DNA of 64,000 nucleotides from an uncultured Gemmatimonadaceae bacterium (GCA_963822945.1 CAWGJO010000020.1:640001-704000); one strand, 5' to 3'. Shown: positions 49,102 to 59,638, counted from the stretch's first letter. The notes: generated by a model not told the origin, from the letters alone. Program-made: numbers and translations.

Positions 49102-52100
49102 ATGCATCGCTACCGGCTCCTCCCCTTCCTCGCCGGAGCCCTGATCGCCGCCGCGCCAACCCTGGCGGCCCAGAGTCTGGACTCCTCAGTCACCGCCGGC
49201 CTGCGCTGGCGCAACCTCGGACCGGCCAATTTCGACGGCCGCGTCAATGCTATTGCCGGCATTGGATTTCCTTCCAAGACGTTCTACGTCGGCGCGGCCG
49301 GCGGCGGCGTCTGGAAGACGACCAACGCCGGCACCACCTTCCGTCCGTTGTTCACCAACGAACCCGTGGCGTCGATCGGCGCCCTCGCGGTCGCGGCCTC
49401 GGACACGAACGTGGTCTGGGTCGGCACCGGTGACCCGAACAGCCGCAACACCATCGAGCCGGGCGACGGCGTCTACAAGTCGACCGACGGTGGCCTCACC
49501 TGGAAGCTCATGGGGCTGAAGGACGGGCAGATGATCGGCAACATCGCCATCGACCCGACCAATGCGAATGTCGTCTACGTGGCCGAACTCGGCCATGCGT
49601 GGGACACGAAGGGCGAACGCGGCCTGTACAAGACCACCGACGGCGGCGAGCACTGGACCCGCATCAAGTACATCAGCGACCGGGCCGGGTTCGTGGACGT
49701 GAAGATCGATCCGTCGAACCCCAACAACATCTTCGCCTCGAGCTGGCAACGCATTCGCGGCCCCTACTTCCTCAAGTCCGGCGGGCCCGGGTCGGGGCTG
49801 TGGCACAGCACCGATGCCGGCGCCACCTGGACCGAGGTGAAGGGCGGCGGCTTCCCGTCCACCGAGAAGGGACGCATCACGACCGCCTTCTCGCGCAGCA
49901 ATCCCAACATCGTGTACGCGCTGGTGGAAGCCGATTCGCTGCGGGGCAAGAACCACGCGGTGCTCGCGCCGGCCAGCGACTCCATCGGCCCCGAGCCGAA
50001 GAAGCCGGAGGCGCAGCGGCTGCTGAGCGGCCTCTACCGTTCCGACGACGGCGGCAAGACCTGGCGCTGGATGAACGACCAGGACACGCGGCCGTTCTAC
50101 TATTCCCGCGTCGACGTCGATCCGGCAAACCCCGATCGCGTCTACTTCTCGTCAACGCCGTTCCTGTTCTCGGACGACGGCGGCAAGACGGCCCGCACCG
50201 CGACCGGCGACGTGCACGTGGACGATCACGCCATCTGGATCGATCCCAACGACGGTCAGCACTGGCTGATCGGCAACGACGGCGGCGTGGCCGAGACCTG
50301 GGACCGCGGTGGCAACTTCGACTATCTGAACATCATTCCGATCGCCCAGTTCTACGACGTGAGCTATGACTTCGCCACGCCGTACAACGTCTGCGCCGGT
50401 GCCCAGGACAACGGCGGCTGGTGCGGGCCGAGCGCGCGGAAGCAGGGCCCGGTGACCAATGCCTACTGGTTCACCATCTCCGGCGGCGACGGCTTCTATA
50501 CCGCCCAGGATCCGACGGACCCCGACATCGTCTGGGGCGAGTCGCAGGAAGGCGGCGTCGTGCGCCGCAACCTGAAGACGGGCGAGACGGGCCGCATGAA
50601 CAAGCCCACGTGGCAGGAGTCGTACCGCATCTACGAGGACTCGATCCTCTCCGTGCGCGGCGACACCACGAAAGCCGAAACGTCGGCGCAGAAGCGCGAG
50701 ATCGCCGCGCTGCGCGCCGCGCAGAAGGCCGACTCGATCGCGCTCGACATGCGCTACAACTGGGAGACGCCGTTCTTCATCTCCAACTTCAACCCGCAAG
50801 TGTTCTACATGGCGGGCAACCGCGTGCTCAAGTCGATGAACCGCGGCGACGATCTCTATCCGATCTCGCCCGACCTCTCGACGGCGGACACGGCCAAGAT
50901 CCACGTCAGCCTCGTCACGACGGGCGGGATCACCAACGACGCCACCGGCGCCGAGAACTACTGCACCATCGTTTCCCTCGCCGAGTCGTACCTGCGGCCG
51001 GGCTGGCTGTACGCCGGCACCGATGACGGCAACGTCTGGATGACGCACAACGACGGCGCCACGTGGGAGAAGCTCAATGGGCGCTTCCCGGGTGTCCCGG
51101 CCGGCACGTACGTCAGCCGCATCGAGCCCTCCCATTTCGACACGAACACCTTCTACGTCTCGTTCGACAACCATCGCAACAACGATTTCGGCGTGTACGT
51201 CTACGCCACGAACGACGGCGGCAAGACCTTCCATTCGATCGCCAGCGATCTGCCGACGGGTGGATCGGACTACGTCCACGTGATCCGCGAGGATCCGTTC
51301 AATCGCGATCTGCTGTTCGTCGGAACGTCGCACGCGGCGTACGCTTCCATCGACCGCGGCGCCCATTGGTCGCGCTTCATGTCGGGGCTGCCGACCGTGC
51401 CCGTGTACGACCTCAAGATCCAGCCACGGGACCACGACCTGATCGCAGCCACCTTCGGCCGCGGCATCTGGATTGCCAGCATCGCGCCGCTCGAACAGTT
51501 GGACGCGAAGGTACTGGCGGCAAAGGTGCACCTGTTCAAGCCGGTCACGGCCTATCAGTACGGGCAGGGCCCGGCCATCGGCGCCTCGGCCAACGGCCAG
51601 GCCCAGAAGGTCTTCGAGGCCCCGAGCCCGGCCTACGGCGCCAACATCAGTTACCGGCTGGCCGACGCCGTGCGCGGCGGGGTACACGTGGTGATCACCG
51701 ACGTGCAGAACGACACGATCGGCAACCTCACCGGCCCGGGTCAGCCCGGTATCCACACGGTGACGTGGAACTACCAGTCGAGCGCACGGGCGGCAGCGCC
51801 CAAGCTCTCGCCGTCCCAACTGCGCGACAGCATTCTGCAGGCCCGGAAGACCGAGCACGTCATCGATTCGCTGTCGAAGGCCGGCATGGATACGGCGGTG
51901 ATCGCCGAGCTGCGCCGTGTCGCCAAGACGGGTGACGTTGCGTCGCTCTTCCGCCGGGGTGGACGTGGGGGCCGGGGTGGTCGGGGCGGTGCCGCGCCGG
52001 CCTGGGTGCCTCGTCCAGCCGAAGGTCCGGTGCCCGGCGGCAACGCACGGGGCGGGCGCGGTGGTGGTCGCGGCGCTGGCGCACCCAATGTCATGGACGC

Positions 52101-52326
52101 GTTCCCGGGCGGGTTCCGGCAGATCGCGGAAGTCTTCGGGATCTCGCGCCGGGGCTTCGGATTCGGCGGCGGCGGTGCCCAGACGGTCGGCGCCGGTGAC
52201 TACATGGTGTCGATCACCGTTGACGGTCAGACACAGCATCAGGTCCTGCGGGTCGAGCGGACCGCGACGGCACCGGAATCCGAAGGCGGGTTCGGTGTCG
52301 ACAACGGGGACCACGACAAGAAGTAG
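49102..52326 (+). CDS. Exported VPS10/BNR-repeat beta-propeller protein (glycosyl-hydrolase-like)
   Basis: WRNLGP, repeated SxDGGxTW Asp-boxes, VDDHAIWIDP; RGG-rich tail. Confidence 0.88.
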   Translation: MHRYRLLPFLAGALIAAAPTLAAQSLDSSVTAGLRWRNLGPANFDGRVNAIAGIGFPSKTFYVGAAGGGVWKTTNAGTTFRPLFTNEPVASIGALAVAASDTNVVWVGTGDPNSRNTIEPGDGVYKSTDGGLTWKLMGLKDGQMIGNIAIDPTNANVVYVAELGHAWDTKGERGLYKTTDGGEHWTRIKYISDRAGFVDVKIDPSNPNNIFASSWQRIRGPYFLKSGGPGSGLWHSTDAGATWTEVKGGGFPSTEKGRITTAFSRSNPNIVYALVEADSLRGKNHAVLAPASDSIGPEPKKPEAQRLLSGLYRSDDGGKTWRWMNDQDTRPFYYSRVDVDPANPDRVYFSSTPFLFSDDGGKTARTATGDVHVDDHAIWIDPNDGQHWLIGNDGGVAETWDRGGNFDYLNIIPIAQFYDVSYDFATPYNVCAGAQDNGGWCGPSARKQGPVTNAYWFTISGGDGFYTAQDPTDPDIVWGESQEGGVVRRNLKTGETGRMNKPTWQESYRIYEDSILSVRGDTTKAETSAQKREIAALRAAQKADSIALDMRYNWETPFFISNFNPQVFYMAGNRVLKSMNRGDDLYPISPDLSTADTAKIHVSLVTTGGITNDATGAENYCTIVSLAESYLRPGWLYAGTDDGNVWMTHNDGATWEKLNGRFPGVPAGTYVSRIEPSHFDTNTFYVSFDNHRNNDFGVYVYATNDGGKTFHSIASDLPTGGSDYVHVIREDPFNRDLLFVGTSHAAYASIDRGAHWSRFMSGLPTVPVYDLKIQPRDHDLIAATFGRGIWIASIAPLEQLDAKVLAAKVHLFKPVTAYQYGQGPAIGASANGQAQKVFEAPSPAYGANISYRLADAVRGGVHVVITDVQNDTIGNLTGPGQPGIHTVTWNYQSSARAAAPKLSPSQLRDSILQARKTEHVIDSLSKAGMDTAVIAELRRVAKTGDVASLFRRGGRGGRGGRGGAAPAWVPRPAEGPVPGGNARGGRGGGRGAGAPNVMDAFPGGFRQIAEVFGISRRGFGFGGGGAQTVGAGDYMVSITVDGQTQHQVLRVERTATAPESEGGFGVDNGDHDKK

Positions 52327-52346
52327 TTCGTATCACGGCACGTGAC

Positions 52347-52385
52347 GAAGAGCCCGCCGGTACCGTACGTACCGGCGGGCTCTTC
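52347..52385 (+). terminator. Hairpin terminator
   Basis: gaagagcccgccggtac-cgtac-gtaccggcgggctcttc. Confidence 0.7.
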
Positions 52386-52497
52386 CCAACTTGTCGATCA
52401 CCGGGAATCTTGCCCGCGTCATCCGGGCATTGCATCACGCCGCGACGGCCCGCGCTCTCGGCAGACTCCGAATCAATTCCACCATCCGAGGAACGTC

Positions 52498-53112
52498 ATG
52501 CATCGAGTGGTTCGTCTCGCAATTCCGTGCGTGTTACTGGCTGGACTCTCGTGTCGGTCCACGGGGCCGACGCCTGCCCCTGCGCCGGCTCCGACTCCGG
52601 CGGCGGGTGCCGGCGCCGCCGCTCAGCGAGGCGAGGAGGGACCGCCCCGCGGTCGCGGCGAGTTCCCGGGCGGCTTCCGGCGGCGTGTCCCCCTCACCCC
52701 CGAGCAACGTGCCGCGCGACGTGATTCGATCAATGCCGACCGCCAGCGTCTCGCCGATTCATTGATGGCGACCATCGCCGGCCGGGAGAACGAGCCGGCA
52801 GGCAAGGTTTTCAAGAACGTGAAGCTTCTCAAGGACATGCCCGCCGGAAAGTTCATCGAGACGATGAACACCGACTACGCGAAGGCGATCGGTCGGAGCT
52901 GCAACTTCTGCCACGAGCGCGATGATTTCGCCAGCGACGAACGCAAGGAGAAGGCGACCACGCGCATCATGATCGCGATGGAGGACTCGATCAACAATTC
53001 GGCCGCATATCTGCCGCAGCTCAAGAACCGCCGCGGGACCTGGCCGCACATCGAGTGCGTCACCTGTCACCGCGGAATGAACGAGCCCAATCACGCGCTC
53101 CTGCCGCCGTAG
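52498..53112 (+). CDS. Di-heme c-type cytochrome lipoprotein (reaction-centre cytochrome C-like family)
   Basis: Lipobox GLSC; FKNVKLL; CNFCH and CVTCH. Confidence 0.85.
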   Translation: MHRVVRLAIPCVLLAGLSCRSTGPTPAPAPAPTPAAGAGAAAQRGEEGPPRGRGEFPGGFRRRVPLTPEQRAARRDSINADRQRLADSLMATIAGRENEPAGKVFKNVKLLKDMPAGKFIETMNTDYAKAIGRSCNFCHERDDFASDERKEKATTRIMIAMEDSINNSAAYLPQLKNRRGTWPHIECVTCHRGMNEPNHALLPP

Positions 53113-53139
53113 CGTCGGGCAGGACGGCATACCGAACGG

Positions 53140-53169
53140 AACCGCCGGACGCGTCTGCGTCCGGCGGTT
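53140..53169. terminator. Bidirectional hairpin terminator
   Basis: aaccgccggacgc-gtct-gcgtccggcggtt. Confidence 0.7.
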
Positions 53170-53195
53170 TCACGTATCGGCGCTTGTGGAATCGG

Positions 53196-53432
53196 TTACT
53201 CCTCCCGGTCGAGCTCCAGCAGCTCGCGGGCGTCGGCCAGCGCCGCCTCCGGCACCAGCACGTCCACGCCCTTGGCGGTGGCGCCCTGAAAGCCCGGCCC
53301 GAAGATCCCCACGATGTCGTTGCCCCGCGAGACGGCGGGGATCTCCGCGCCCTCGAGCCGCGAAACCACCAGATCCGCCTCCAGCGCCGAGGAGTACGTC
53401 GCCAGCTTCGTCCACGCCGATTCCTTTCCCAT
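53196..53432 (-). CDS. DUF2007-like small protein
   Basis: EADLVVSRLEGAEIP...VLVPE....A.ELL. Confidence 0.8.
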   Translation of the reverse strand: MGKESAWTKLATYSSALEADLVVSRLEGAEIPAVSRGNDIVGIFGPGFQGATAKGVDVLVPEAALADARELLELDREE

Positions 53433-53568
53433 TCCTCTGGCCCGTGTTGGTCTGTGCGTGCAAGATACGGGGCCGCCTCGCGGGGCGCGATCCCGGCCGG
53501 GGAGGTTTCCTCTTCCCGGCGGCCCCCGCTGACCTCCCCACCCACGTTTCCCGCAGGAGTTCTTCGTG

Positions 53569-54600
53569 ATGCGTTCTCACCTCCGGATCGCCCTGGTATG
53601 CGGTGCCGTCACCCTGGCGGCCGTGCCCTGTTCGGCGCAGACCGGCGCCGGCCGGCTCTATCATCTCATGCCCACGCCCGCCACCGTGGCCTACGGCTAC
53701 TACTGGGCGCAGGCCAAGCCGGTGCTGCACATCAAGTCCGGCGACGAGGTGGAGGTGGGCACACTCATCACCTCCACCCCGCGGCGGCTCGAAGGGGCAG
53801 GCGTCGCGCCGGCCGACGTGCAGCAGTCACTGCGCGATATCGTGGACAGCGTGAAGGACCGTGGCCCCGGCGGACACATTCTCACCGGCCCCATCTACGT
53901 GGAGGGCGCCGACTCGGGGGACGTGCTCGAGGTGCGGATCGAGAAGATCGATCTCTCCATTCCGTACGCCTATAACGCGTTCGGTCCGCGGAGCGGCTAT
54001 CTGCCCGAGGACTTTCACTACTCGCGCATGAAGATCATCCCGCTCGACAAGCAGCGGATGGTGGCTCACTTCGCTCCCGGCATCGACATCCCGCTGCACC
54101 CGTTCTTCGGAAGCATCGGCGACGCCCCCCCGGCCGCGATGGGGCGCGTGAGCAGCGCGCCGCCGGGAATTTTCGCCGGCAACCTCGACAACAAGGAACT
54201 CGTCGCCGGCACCACCCTCTACATCCCCGTGTGGACCAAGGGCGCCCTGCTGGAGATCGGAGACGGGCACGCGGGGCAGGGGAATGGCGAGGTGGACATC
54301 ACCGCACTCGAAACATCGTTGCTCGGACGCTTCCAGATCATCGTTCGCAAGGACCTGCATCTCGATTGGCCGCGCGCCGAAACACCCACGCACTACATCA
54401 CGATGGGCATCGACAGCAACCTCGTCACCGCCACCAAGAACGCGATCCGCCAGGCCATCGATTTCCTCGTGACGCAGAAGGGGCTGTCGCGCGACGACGC
54501 GTACATGCTGGTCAGCGTCTCCTCCGACGTCGACATCACCGAACTCGTGGACGGCACGCTCGGCGTGCACGTCATGATCCCCAAGGACATCTTCAAGTAG
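53569..54600 (+). CDS. Acetamidase/formamidase family protein (exported)
   Basis: HILTGPIYVEGA, GNLDNKEL, GDGHAGQGNGEV, DAYMLVS. Confidence 0.92.
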   Translation: MRSHLRIALVCGAVTLAAVPCSAQTGAGRLYHLMPTPATVAYGYYWAQAKPVLHIKSGDEVEVGTLITSTPRRLEGAGVAPADVQQSLRDIVDSVKDRGPGGHILTGPIYVEGADSGDVLEVRIEKIDLSIPYAYNAFGPRSGYLPEDFHYSRMKIIPLDKQRMVAHFAPGIDIPLHPFFGSIGDAPPAAMGRVSSAPPGIFAGNLDNKELVAGTTLYIPVWTKGALLEIGDGHAGQGNGEVDITALETSLLGRFQIIVRKDLHLDWPRAETPTHYITMGIDSNLVTATKNAIRQAIDFLVTQKGLSRDDAYMLVSVSSDVDITELVDGTLGVHVMIPKDIFK

Positions 54601-54614
54601 CGTCGAGTTTCTCC

Positions 54615-55184
54615 ATGAGAGCGCAATCTCACGTGGCGATCTGGCTGTTCGTCGTTGGCGTCCTCGTCGGCGCGGCGTTGCCGGTCCGCGCGCAGGAGAC
54701 ACGTGACCCACATGCCGCCCAACCCGAACGTCCCACCGTGGCCACCCATGCTGGCACCGTGGCCCCCGGCTGGTTCGAGGTCGAGACCGGTATCGAGCGC
54801 GATCGCGTCGCCCCCGGAGTCTCTTTCGTGAGCACGCCGACCCTTCTCAAATTCGGAGTCGCGCCGCGTGGCCAGTTCGACGTCACGCTCACCACCGTCC
54901 GCCCATCGGGCCGCCAGTCGCTGGGCCTCGGTGATGCCGGCGTTGGTGTCAAATGGCGGCTGGCCGACGACCTGCCCCTGTTGGGCGTGGACGGCGGAGA
55001 TCTTCGGCAACCCGGCGTTCGCCGGCTCCCTGGCTCCCTCGGTTGGGTTCCTGACCGGACCGACCTGGGCGATCCATCCCTGGTTCGTCGCCGATCTCGG
55101 GCTCATCGTCGACGTGGGCGGCCCACAGCCGCCGGCGCTCTACGCGGGGTTGACCTGGAACGCGGGGCGGCTCCCATGGAATGA
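54615..55184 (+). pseudogene. Outer-membrane beta-barrel 'transporter' (MetA/phenol pathway-like) gene with frameshift and apparent internal deletion
   Basis: Signal peptide + PERPTVATHAGTVAPG..EVETG...GDAGVGVKWR, then a switch at ~54985 to a frame encoding WTAEIFG...DLG...LYAGLTW. Confidence 0.6.
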
Positions 55185-55293
55185 GGAAGGTTGCATCGCG
55201 TGCCGAGATGTCTCGGACTCGGCGTCCCCTGTTGCTGAAACGGGGACTCTCCTCCACCATCAATTTTCCGGTCGCTGCCACGGAGGCCGCCGC

Positions 55294-55596
55294 ATGAGCC
55301 CAACGACCAGTACGCCGGACCACGACAACGAAGAACTCGCCAGACTCCGGCTTGAGATCGAGCAGGTTGATCGCGATCTGATCAGGTTGATCGCGAGTCG
55401 CGTCGGACTGGCACGCCGGGTCGGCTTGGTCAAACGCGCCGCCGGGCTTCCGGCACTCGATCCGGATCGCGAGGCCGCCGTGATCCGCCGGGTGAGCACG
55501 GTCGCACGAGAAGAAGGTGCGCCTGAGGATGATGTGCGCTCCCTGTTCCAGCATATCATCGGCATGTCGCGCCGCGTTCAACTCACCGAGGAGTGA
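55294..55596 (+). CDS. Chorismate mutase (AroQ, type II)
   Basis: LARLRLEIEQVDRDLIRLIASR...VGLVK...DPDRE...SRRVQ; GGAGG RBS. Confidence 0.88.
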   Translation: MSPTTSTPDHDNEELARLRLEIEQVDRDLIRLIASRVGLARRVGLVKRAAGLPALDPDREAAVIRRVSTVAREEGAPEDDVRSLFQHIIGMSRRVQLTEE

Positions 55597-55639
55597 TGTC
55601 TGCCGGAAGATCGTCCTGAGGACTCGAGGACCCCACGAC

Positions 55640-58327
55640 CTAGTCCGCCCGCAACACCTGCATCGGATCCACTCGCGTGGCTCGAAGCGCCGGCAGCAGA
55701 CTGGCCGCAGCGGCCGTGAGCAGCACGACCAGCGGCACGACGGTGAACGTCACCGGGTCGGTGGCCGTCACCCCGAACAGCAACGACGACAGCACGCGCG
55801 ACCCCACGAACGCCACCGCGAGTCCGGCCGCCACGCCCACGCCGGCCAGCACCAGGCCCTCGCCGACCACCGTCCGCATCACGCGGTGGCGGCTGGCGCC
55901 CAGCGCCATCCGTATCCCCATTTCGGGCGCCCGCTCGGTGACCGCGTAGCTCAGCACCCCGTGCACGCCGACCACCGCCAACACGATCGCCAGACCGGCG
56001 AACAGCACCAGCAGCATCGCGTTGAAACGCGGCTTGGCGATGCTCGCCGACTCGGTACGCCGCAACGGCTCGACACCGTAGAGCGCGATCTGCGGATCGA
56101 TGGCGCGCACCGCCTGTCGGATGGCACCGGCCACGACCGTGGGATCGGAACCGGTCGTCCGCGCCAGCAACGTCACGGACTGCAGTGGCGCCTGGGCCAT
56201 CGGCGCGTAGGCCGCCGGGTCGGTGGGTGCGTCGATGCCGCGAAACTTCTCGTCGCCGATCACACCGACGATCCGCCGCGTGATCCCCCACCACCGCACT
56301 TCCTGGCCCACCGCCCCATGCGGGAAGTAGCGTTGCGCCGCCGTGTGGTTGATCACCACGACCTGCGGAGCGTGGGCGTCGTCCGCCGCCTCGATGCCGC
56401 GCCCCTCGAGCAACGGCACGCCGAGCGTCTTCAGATAGCCCGGGGTCAGGAACCTCGTCCTGATCTCGGGGAACTTGGCCGACTCCTCCTCACGGCCGAC
56501 GATCTGCCACGAGTTGGTGAACCCCGGATCCAGCGGAGACCCGCCAGCCATTGCCGCCGACTCCACACCCGGAATTCCCCGAACGGCGGCGAGCAACCGG
56601 CTGTTGAACGACTGAATGGCCGGCGCATCCGGATACTTGCGGTAGTCGATCGGATACCGCGTGCCCGGCAACTGATACTGGACCTTCAGCACCCGCGCCG
56701 CGTCGAAGCCGGGATTGACGCTCTGTAGCCGCCACAGACTCCGCACCAGGAGGCCGGCCCCAACCACCAGCAGCACCGCCGCCGCCACCTCGCTCACCAC
56801 CAGCGCCGACCGGAACCGCCGGGTACCGCGGCTTCCCGACACCCGGCCGGCCCCGTGCGCCTTGAGCGTCTGCTGGATGTCGATACGCCGTGTCTGCAGG
56901 GCCGGCAGCATCCCGAATACGAGGGCGACGAGTGCGGCAATGCCGGTGGCGTACGCGAGCACCGTCCCATTCACGGCCACGCCGTCGAGACGCGGAATGT
57001 CGGCCGGCGCCAGTAGTACCAGAGACCGCAGCCCCAGAACGGCGAGCCCCACACCCGCCGCGCTCCCGAGAAGGACGAGCAGCAGCGACTCGGCGAGGAA
57101 CTGCCGGTGCAGCCGGCCCGGCCCGGCGCCGAGCGCCCTCCGCAGGGCTACTTCTCGGGCACGAGTTGCGGTGCGCGCCAGAAGCAGGTTGGCCACGTTG
57201 GCGCAGGTCACCAACAGGACCAGGATGACCGCCCCCAACAACATGAGGAGCGCCGGGCGAATGCCGCCGAACACGACGTCGCTGTAGCCCTCGAGGTTCA
57301 CACCGCGATTCGCGTTCACCTGATATTGATGCTCCAGCTCCGCGCTGATCGATGCGATCTCCTTCTGCGCGGTGCCCAGCGTTGCGCCGGGCGCGAGGCG
57401 GCCGAGGGTGAGGAACGGGTGGGTCTGGCGACCAAAGACCGCCGGCGACGGCTGGAGGGCAACCCAGAGGTCCACGTGCTCGCCGCTGAACGTTGCCGCG
57501 TAGTCGGCCCGTTCGTGCACCTGCCGGATCCCGAGGTCCGCCGACGTCGGAACGACACCGACGATGGTCGTCGGCTTGCCGTCCACGCTGATCGTGCGAC
57601 CGATCACCCCGCGGTCGCCGTTGTAGTGGGATCGCCAGAAGCCCGCGCCCAGAACCGCCACCTGAGGACCGCCCATCGCCCCCTCGTCTGCCCGGAACAG
57701 CCGGCCGGCGACCGGCGCCACGCCCAGCATCGACAGGAGGTTCGGCGTCACGTCGAGCGCGGCGACGCGCAGCGGATCGCCGTCCCCGGTGATCGTGACA
57801 TCGGCGCCCATTACGCTCCCGATCGACGACAGCGTGTGACTGCGCGACCGGAAGTCCGCGACGTCGGGCCACGAGGCCGGCTCGTGCTGTGTCCCGCTTC
57901 CACGGTCGGTTTCCCACACCATTACCAGACGATCGGGATCGTGGAACGGCGACGGCTGAAGCAGCACGGTGTCGACGACGCTGAAGATCGCGGTGTTCGC
58001 CCCGGTGCCCAGGGCCAGCGTCAGAATGGCGGTGGCGGCGAAAACCGGGTGCGAAACGAGTAGCCGCCACCCGTGCCTCACGTCGCTCCGTAACTCGTCC
58101 CACCAGTTGACGCGCCGCTGATCGCGCGCCTCCTCGCGGAATCGTTCCACGCCCCCGAACTGCACGAGCGCGCGACGCCGGGCTTCTTCCGGACTCAGCC
58201 CACGTGCTCTCCCGGCCGCCGCTTCCATCTCCACGTGAAAGCGCAGTTCCTCGGAGAGTTCCTGTTCCGTTCTGCCCCGCCGCCAGAGCGCGCGCAACCG
58301 CATCCACAATCCGCGAATCCTGTCCAT
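55640..58327 (-). CDS. Duplicated MacB/FtsX-type permease (ADOP-like)
   Basis: EELRFH, TLALGTGANTAIFS, CANVANLLLAR, EMGIRMALGA, PALRATRVDP. Confidence 0.93.
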   Translation of the reverse strand: MDRIRGLWMRLRALWRRGRTEQELSEELRFHVEMEAAAGRARGLSPEEARRRALVQFGGVERFREEARDQRRVNWWDELRSDVRHGWRLLVSHPVFAATAILTLALGTGANTAIFSVVDTVLLQPSPFHDPDRLVMVWETDRGSGTQHEPASWPDVADFRSRSHTLSSIGSVMGADVTITGDGDPLRVAALDVTPNLLSMLGVAPVAGRLFRADEGAMGGPQVAVLGAGFWRSHYNGDRGVIGRTISVDGKPTTIVGVVPTSADLGIRQVHERADYAATFSGEHVDLWVALQPSPAVFGRQTHPFLTLGRLAPGATLGTAQKEIASISAELEHQYQVNANRGVNLEGYSDVVFGGIRPALLMLLGAVILVLLVTCANVANLLLARTATRAREVALRRALGAGPGRLHRQFLAESLLLVLLGSAAGVGLAVLGLRSLVLLAPADIPRLDGVAVNGTVLAYATGIAALVALVFGMLPALQTRRIDIQQTLKAHGAGRVSGSRGTRRFRSALVVSEVAAAVLLVVGAGLLVRSLWRLQSVNPGFDAARVLKVQYQLPGTRYPIDYRKYPDAPAIQSFNSRLLAAVRGIPGVESAAMAGGSPLDPGFTNSWQIVGREEESAKFPEIRTRFLTPGYLKTLGVPLLEGRGIEAADDAHAPQVVVINHTAAQRYFPHGAVGQEVRWWGITRRIVGVIGDEKFRGIDAPTDPAAYAPMAQAPLQSVTLLARTTGSDPTVVAGAIRQAVRAIDPQIALYGVEPLRRTESASIAKPRFNAMLLVLFAGLAIVLAVVGVHGVLSYAVTERAPEMGIRMALGASRHRVMRTVVGEGLVLAGVGVAAGLAVAFVGSRVLSSLLFGVTATDPVTFTVVPLVVLLTAAAASLLPALRATRVDPMQVLRAD

Positions 58328-58339
58328 TGTCCCCTCCGG

Positions 58340-58672
58340 CTACTGAATGGCCAGCACCAACTCGATGGCGGTGGAGAAGCGCCGCCACGTGGCGAGTTCG
58401 GTCTGCAGCTGCTTGCGCCCGGTGGCCGTGAGGCGATAGAACTTGGCCCGGCGATTGTTCTCGCTGGCCCCCCACGACGCGGCAATCCAGCCGCGGTATT
58501 CCAGACGGTGCAGCGCCGGGTACAGGGATCCCTGATTCACCTGCAGCACGTCGCGCGAGATCTGCTGGATGCGCTGGGCCACCCCCCACCCGTGCATCGG
58601 CTCCACCGAGAGCGCCTTCAGAATCAACAGATCGAGCGTCCCTTGCAGGACGTCGGCATTGGACGTTGCCAT
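58340..58672 (-). CDS. PadR-family regulator (Acidobacterial type)
   Basis: [32 protein letters not shown]. Confidence 0.95.
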   Translation of the reverse strand: MATSNADVLQGTLDLLILKALSVEPMHGWGVAQRIQQISRDVLQVNQGSLYPALHRLEYRGWIAASWGASENNRRAKFYRLTATGRKQLQTELATWRRFSTAIELVLAIQ

Positions 58673-58679
58673 GTTGCGT

Positions 58680-58736
58680 TTCCCCTAGACGGTCGACAGG
58701 GGAACCCTAGGCGCCGCCTTGTAGAACGTCAAGGGG
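58680..58736 (-). promoter_or_regulatory. Sigma70-like promoter with two candidate PadR operators
   Basis: Minus strand TTGACG-N17-TAGGGT; two inverted 21-mers (16/21 identical), each quasi-palindromic. Confidence 0.6.
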
Positions 58737-58841
58737 AGCGGCGCCGGCGGCGCCGGGGCGCACGACGAAACACGGCCGCCCCGTCACGCGAGGCGGCCGT
58801 GCCACGGGGACGCCCGCCCCCGTTCGCCCGGTTCGCACGTC

Positions 58842-59594
58842 TCAGGTGGAGCGCATGTAGTGGCAGCCCGCTTCCTGCGCACGGATCACCGCGAAGATGC
58901 CCGACGGCTGGAGTTGCAGCCCCGGAATCAGGTGACGGCGCAGTTCGTCGAACACGGCGTCCGCATGGTCGTTCGTCTGTCCAGCCAGGATGCCGGCAAA
59001 CCCGCGCGCGGCGAGCGCGCAACCCAGGAGCACCGCCCCGCGCGCCCGGAGCGCGTCCAGGGTGAAGTCGGCGCCTGCCTTGTCGTCGGGCAGGGCTTTC
59101 CAGAACGGATTCCGCGTCACCCAGTTCTCGGAGCCGGGCTCTTTGAGCTTGGTGTACTTGCCGAGCTGGTAGTGCGCCCAGATCGCGTCGTCGAACACCA
59201 TCGGGATGCCCATGTGGCGCATGACGATCACCGCGTTCACGTCGGCGTCCTGCACCTTGTACATGTCCTTGAAGCCCTGCATGTACGTGTACGCGTTGAA
59301 CACGGCCGTCCCGTCTTCGATGGATGGCGAGTCGAACACCGCGCGGTATCGGCCGGTGAGCCGCGAAGCCCACGCATCGTCGAACTCGAGGGCGGGCATC
59401 GGAGGAGCCGGCGGAAGCTTCGGGATGTCCGCCGCCGGGGTGGGGGCGGGACTCGGCGTCGGTGCGGTCGCCCCGATCGCCGCCGTGGCGCTTCCGCTGG
59501 CACACGCCGTCGCCGCAACACCCACGGCCACGGTGGCGAGCTGACCCAGAAATGCGCGGCGCGGCGTGGTGTTGGGGTGGACGGGTTCGGACAC
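58842..59594 (-). CDS. Tat-signal (lipo)protein with DsrE-like C-terminal domain (tentative)
   Basis: PRRAFLGQL, ATAC, AVIVMRH, GAVLLGC, PSGIFAVIRAQEAGC.Y. Confidence 0.65.
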   Translation of the reverse strand: MSEPVHPNTTPRRAFLGQLATVAVGVAATACASGSATAAIGATAPTPSPAPTPAADIPKLPPAPPMPALEFDDAWASRLTGRYRAVFDSPSIEDGTAVFNAYTYMQGFKDMYKVQDADVNAVIVMRHMGIPMVFDDAIWAHYQLGKYTKLKEPGSENWVTRNPFWKALPDDKAGADFTLDALRARGAVLLGCALAARGFAGILAGQTNDHADAVFDELRRHLIPGLQLQPSGIFAVIRAQEAGCHYMRST

Positions 59595-59638
59595 AGTCGA
59601 CTCCGGGCGGGAGGTGGAGGCGCCGCGACGAAAGGAAC

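Noticed and set aside
52498..53112. pufC / phototrophy
   Set aside because: Only two CxxCH motifs and no puf or bch genes in the window
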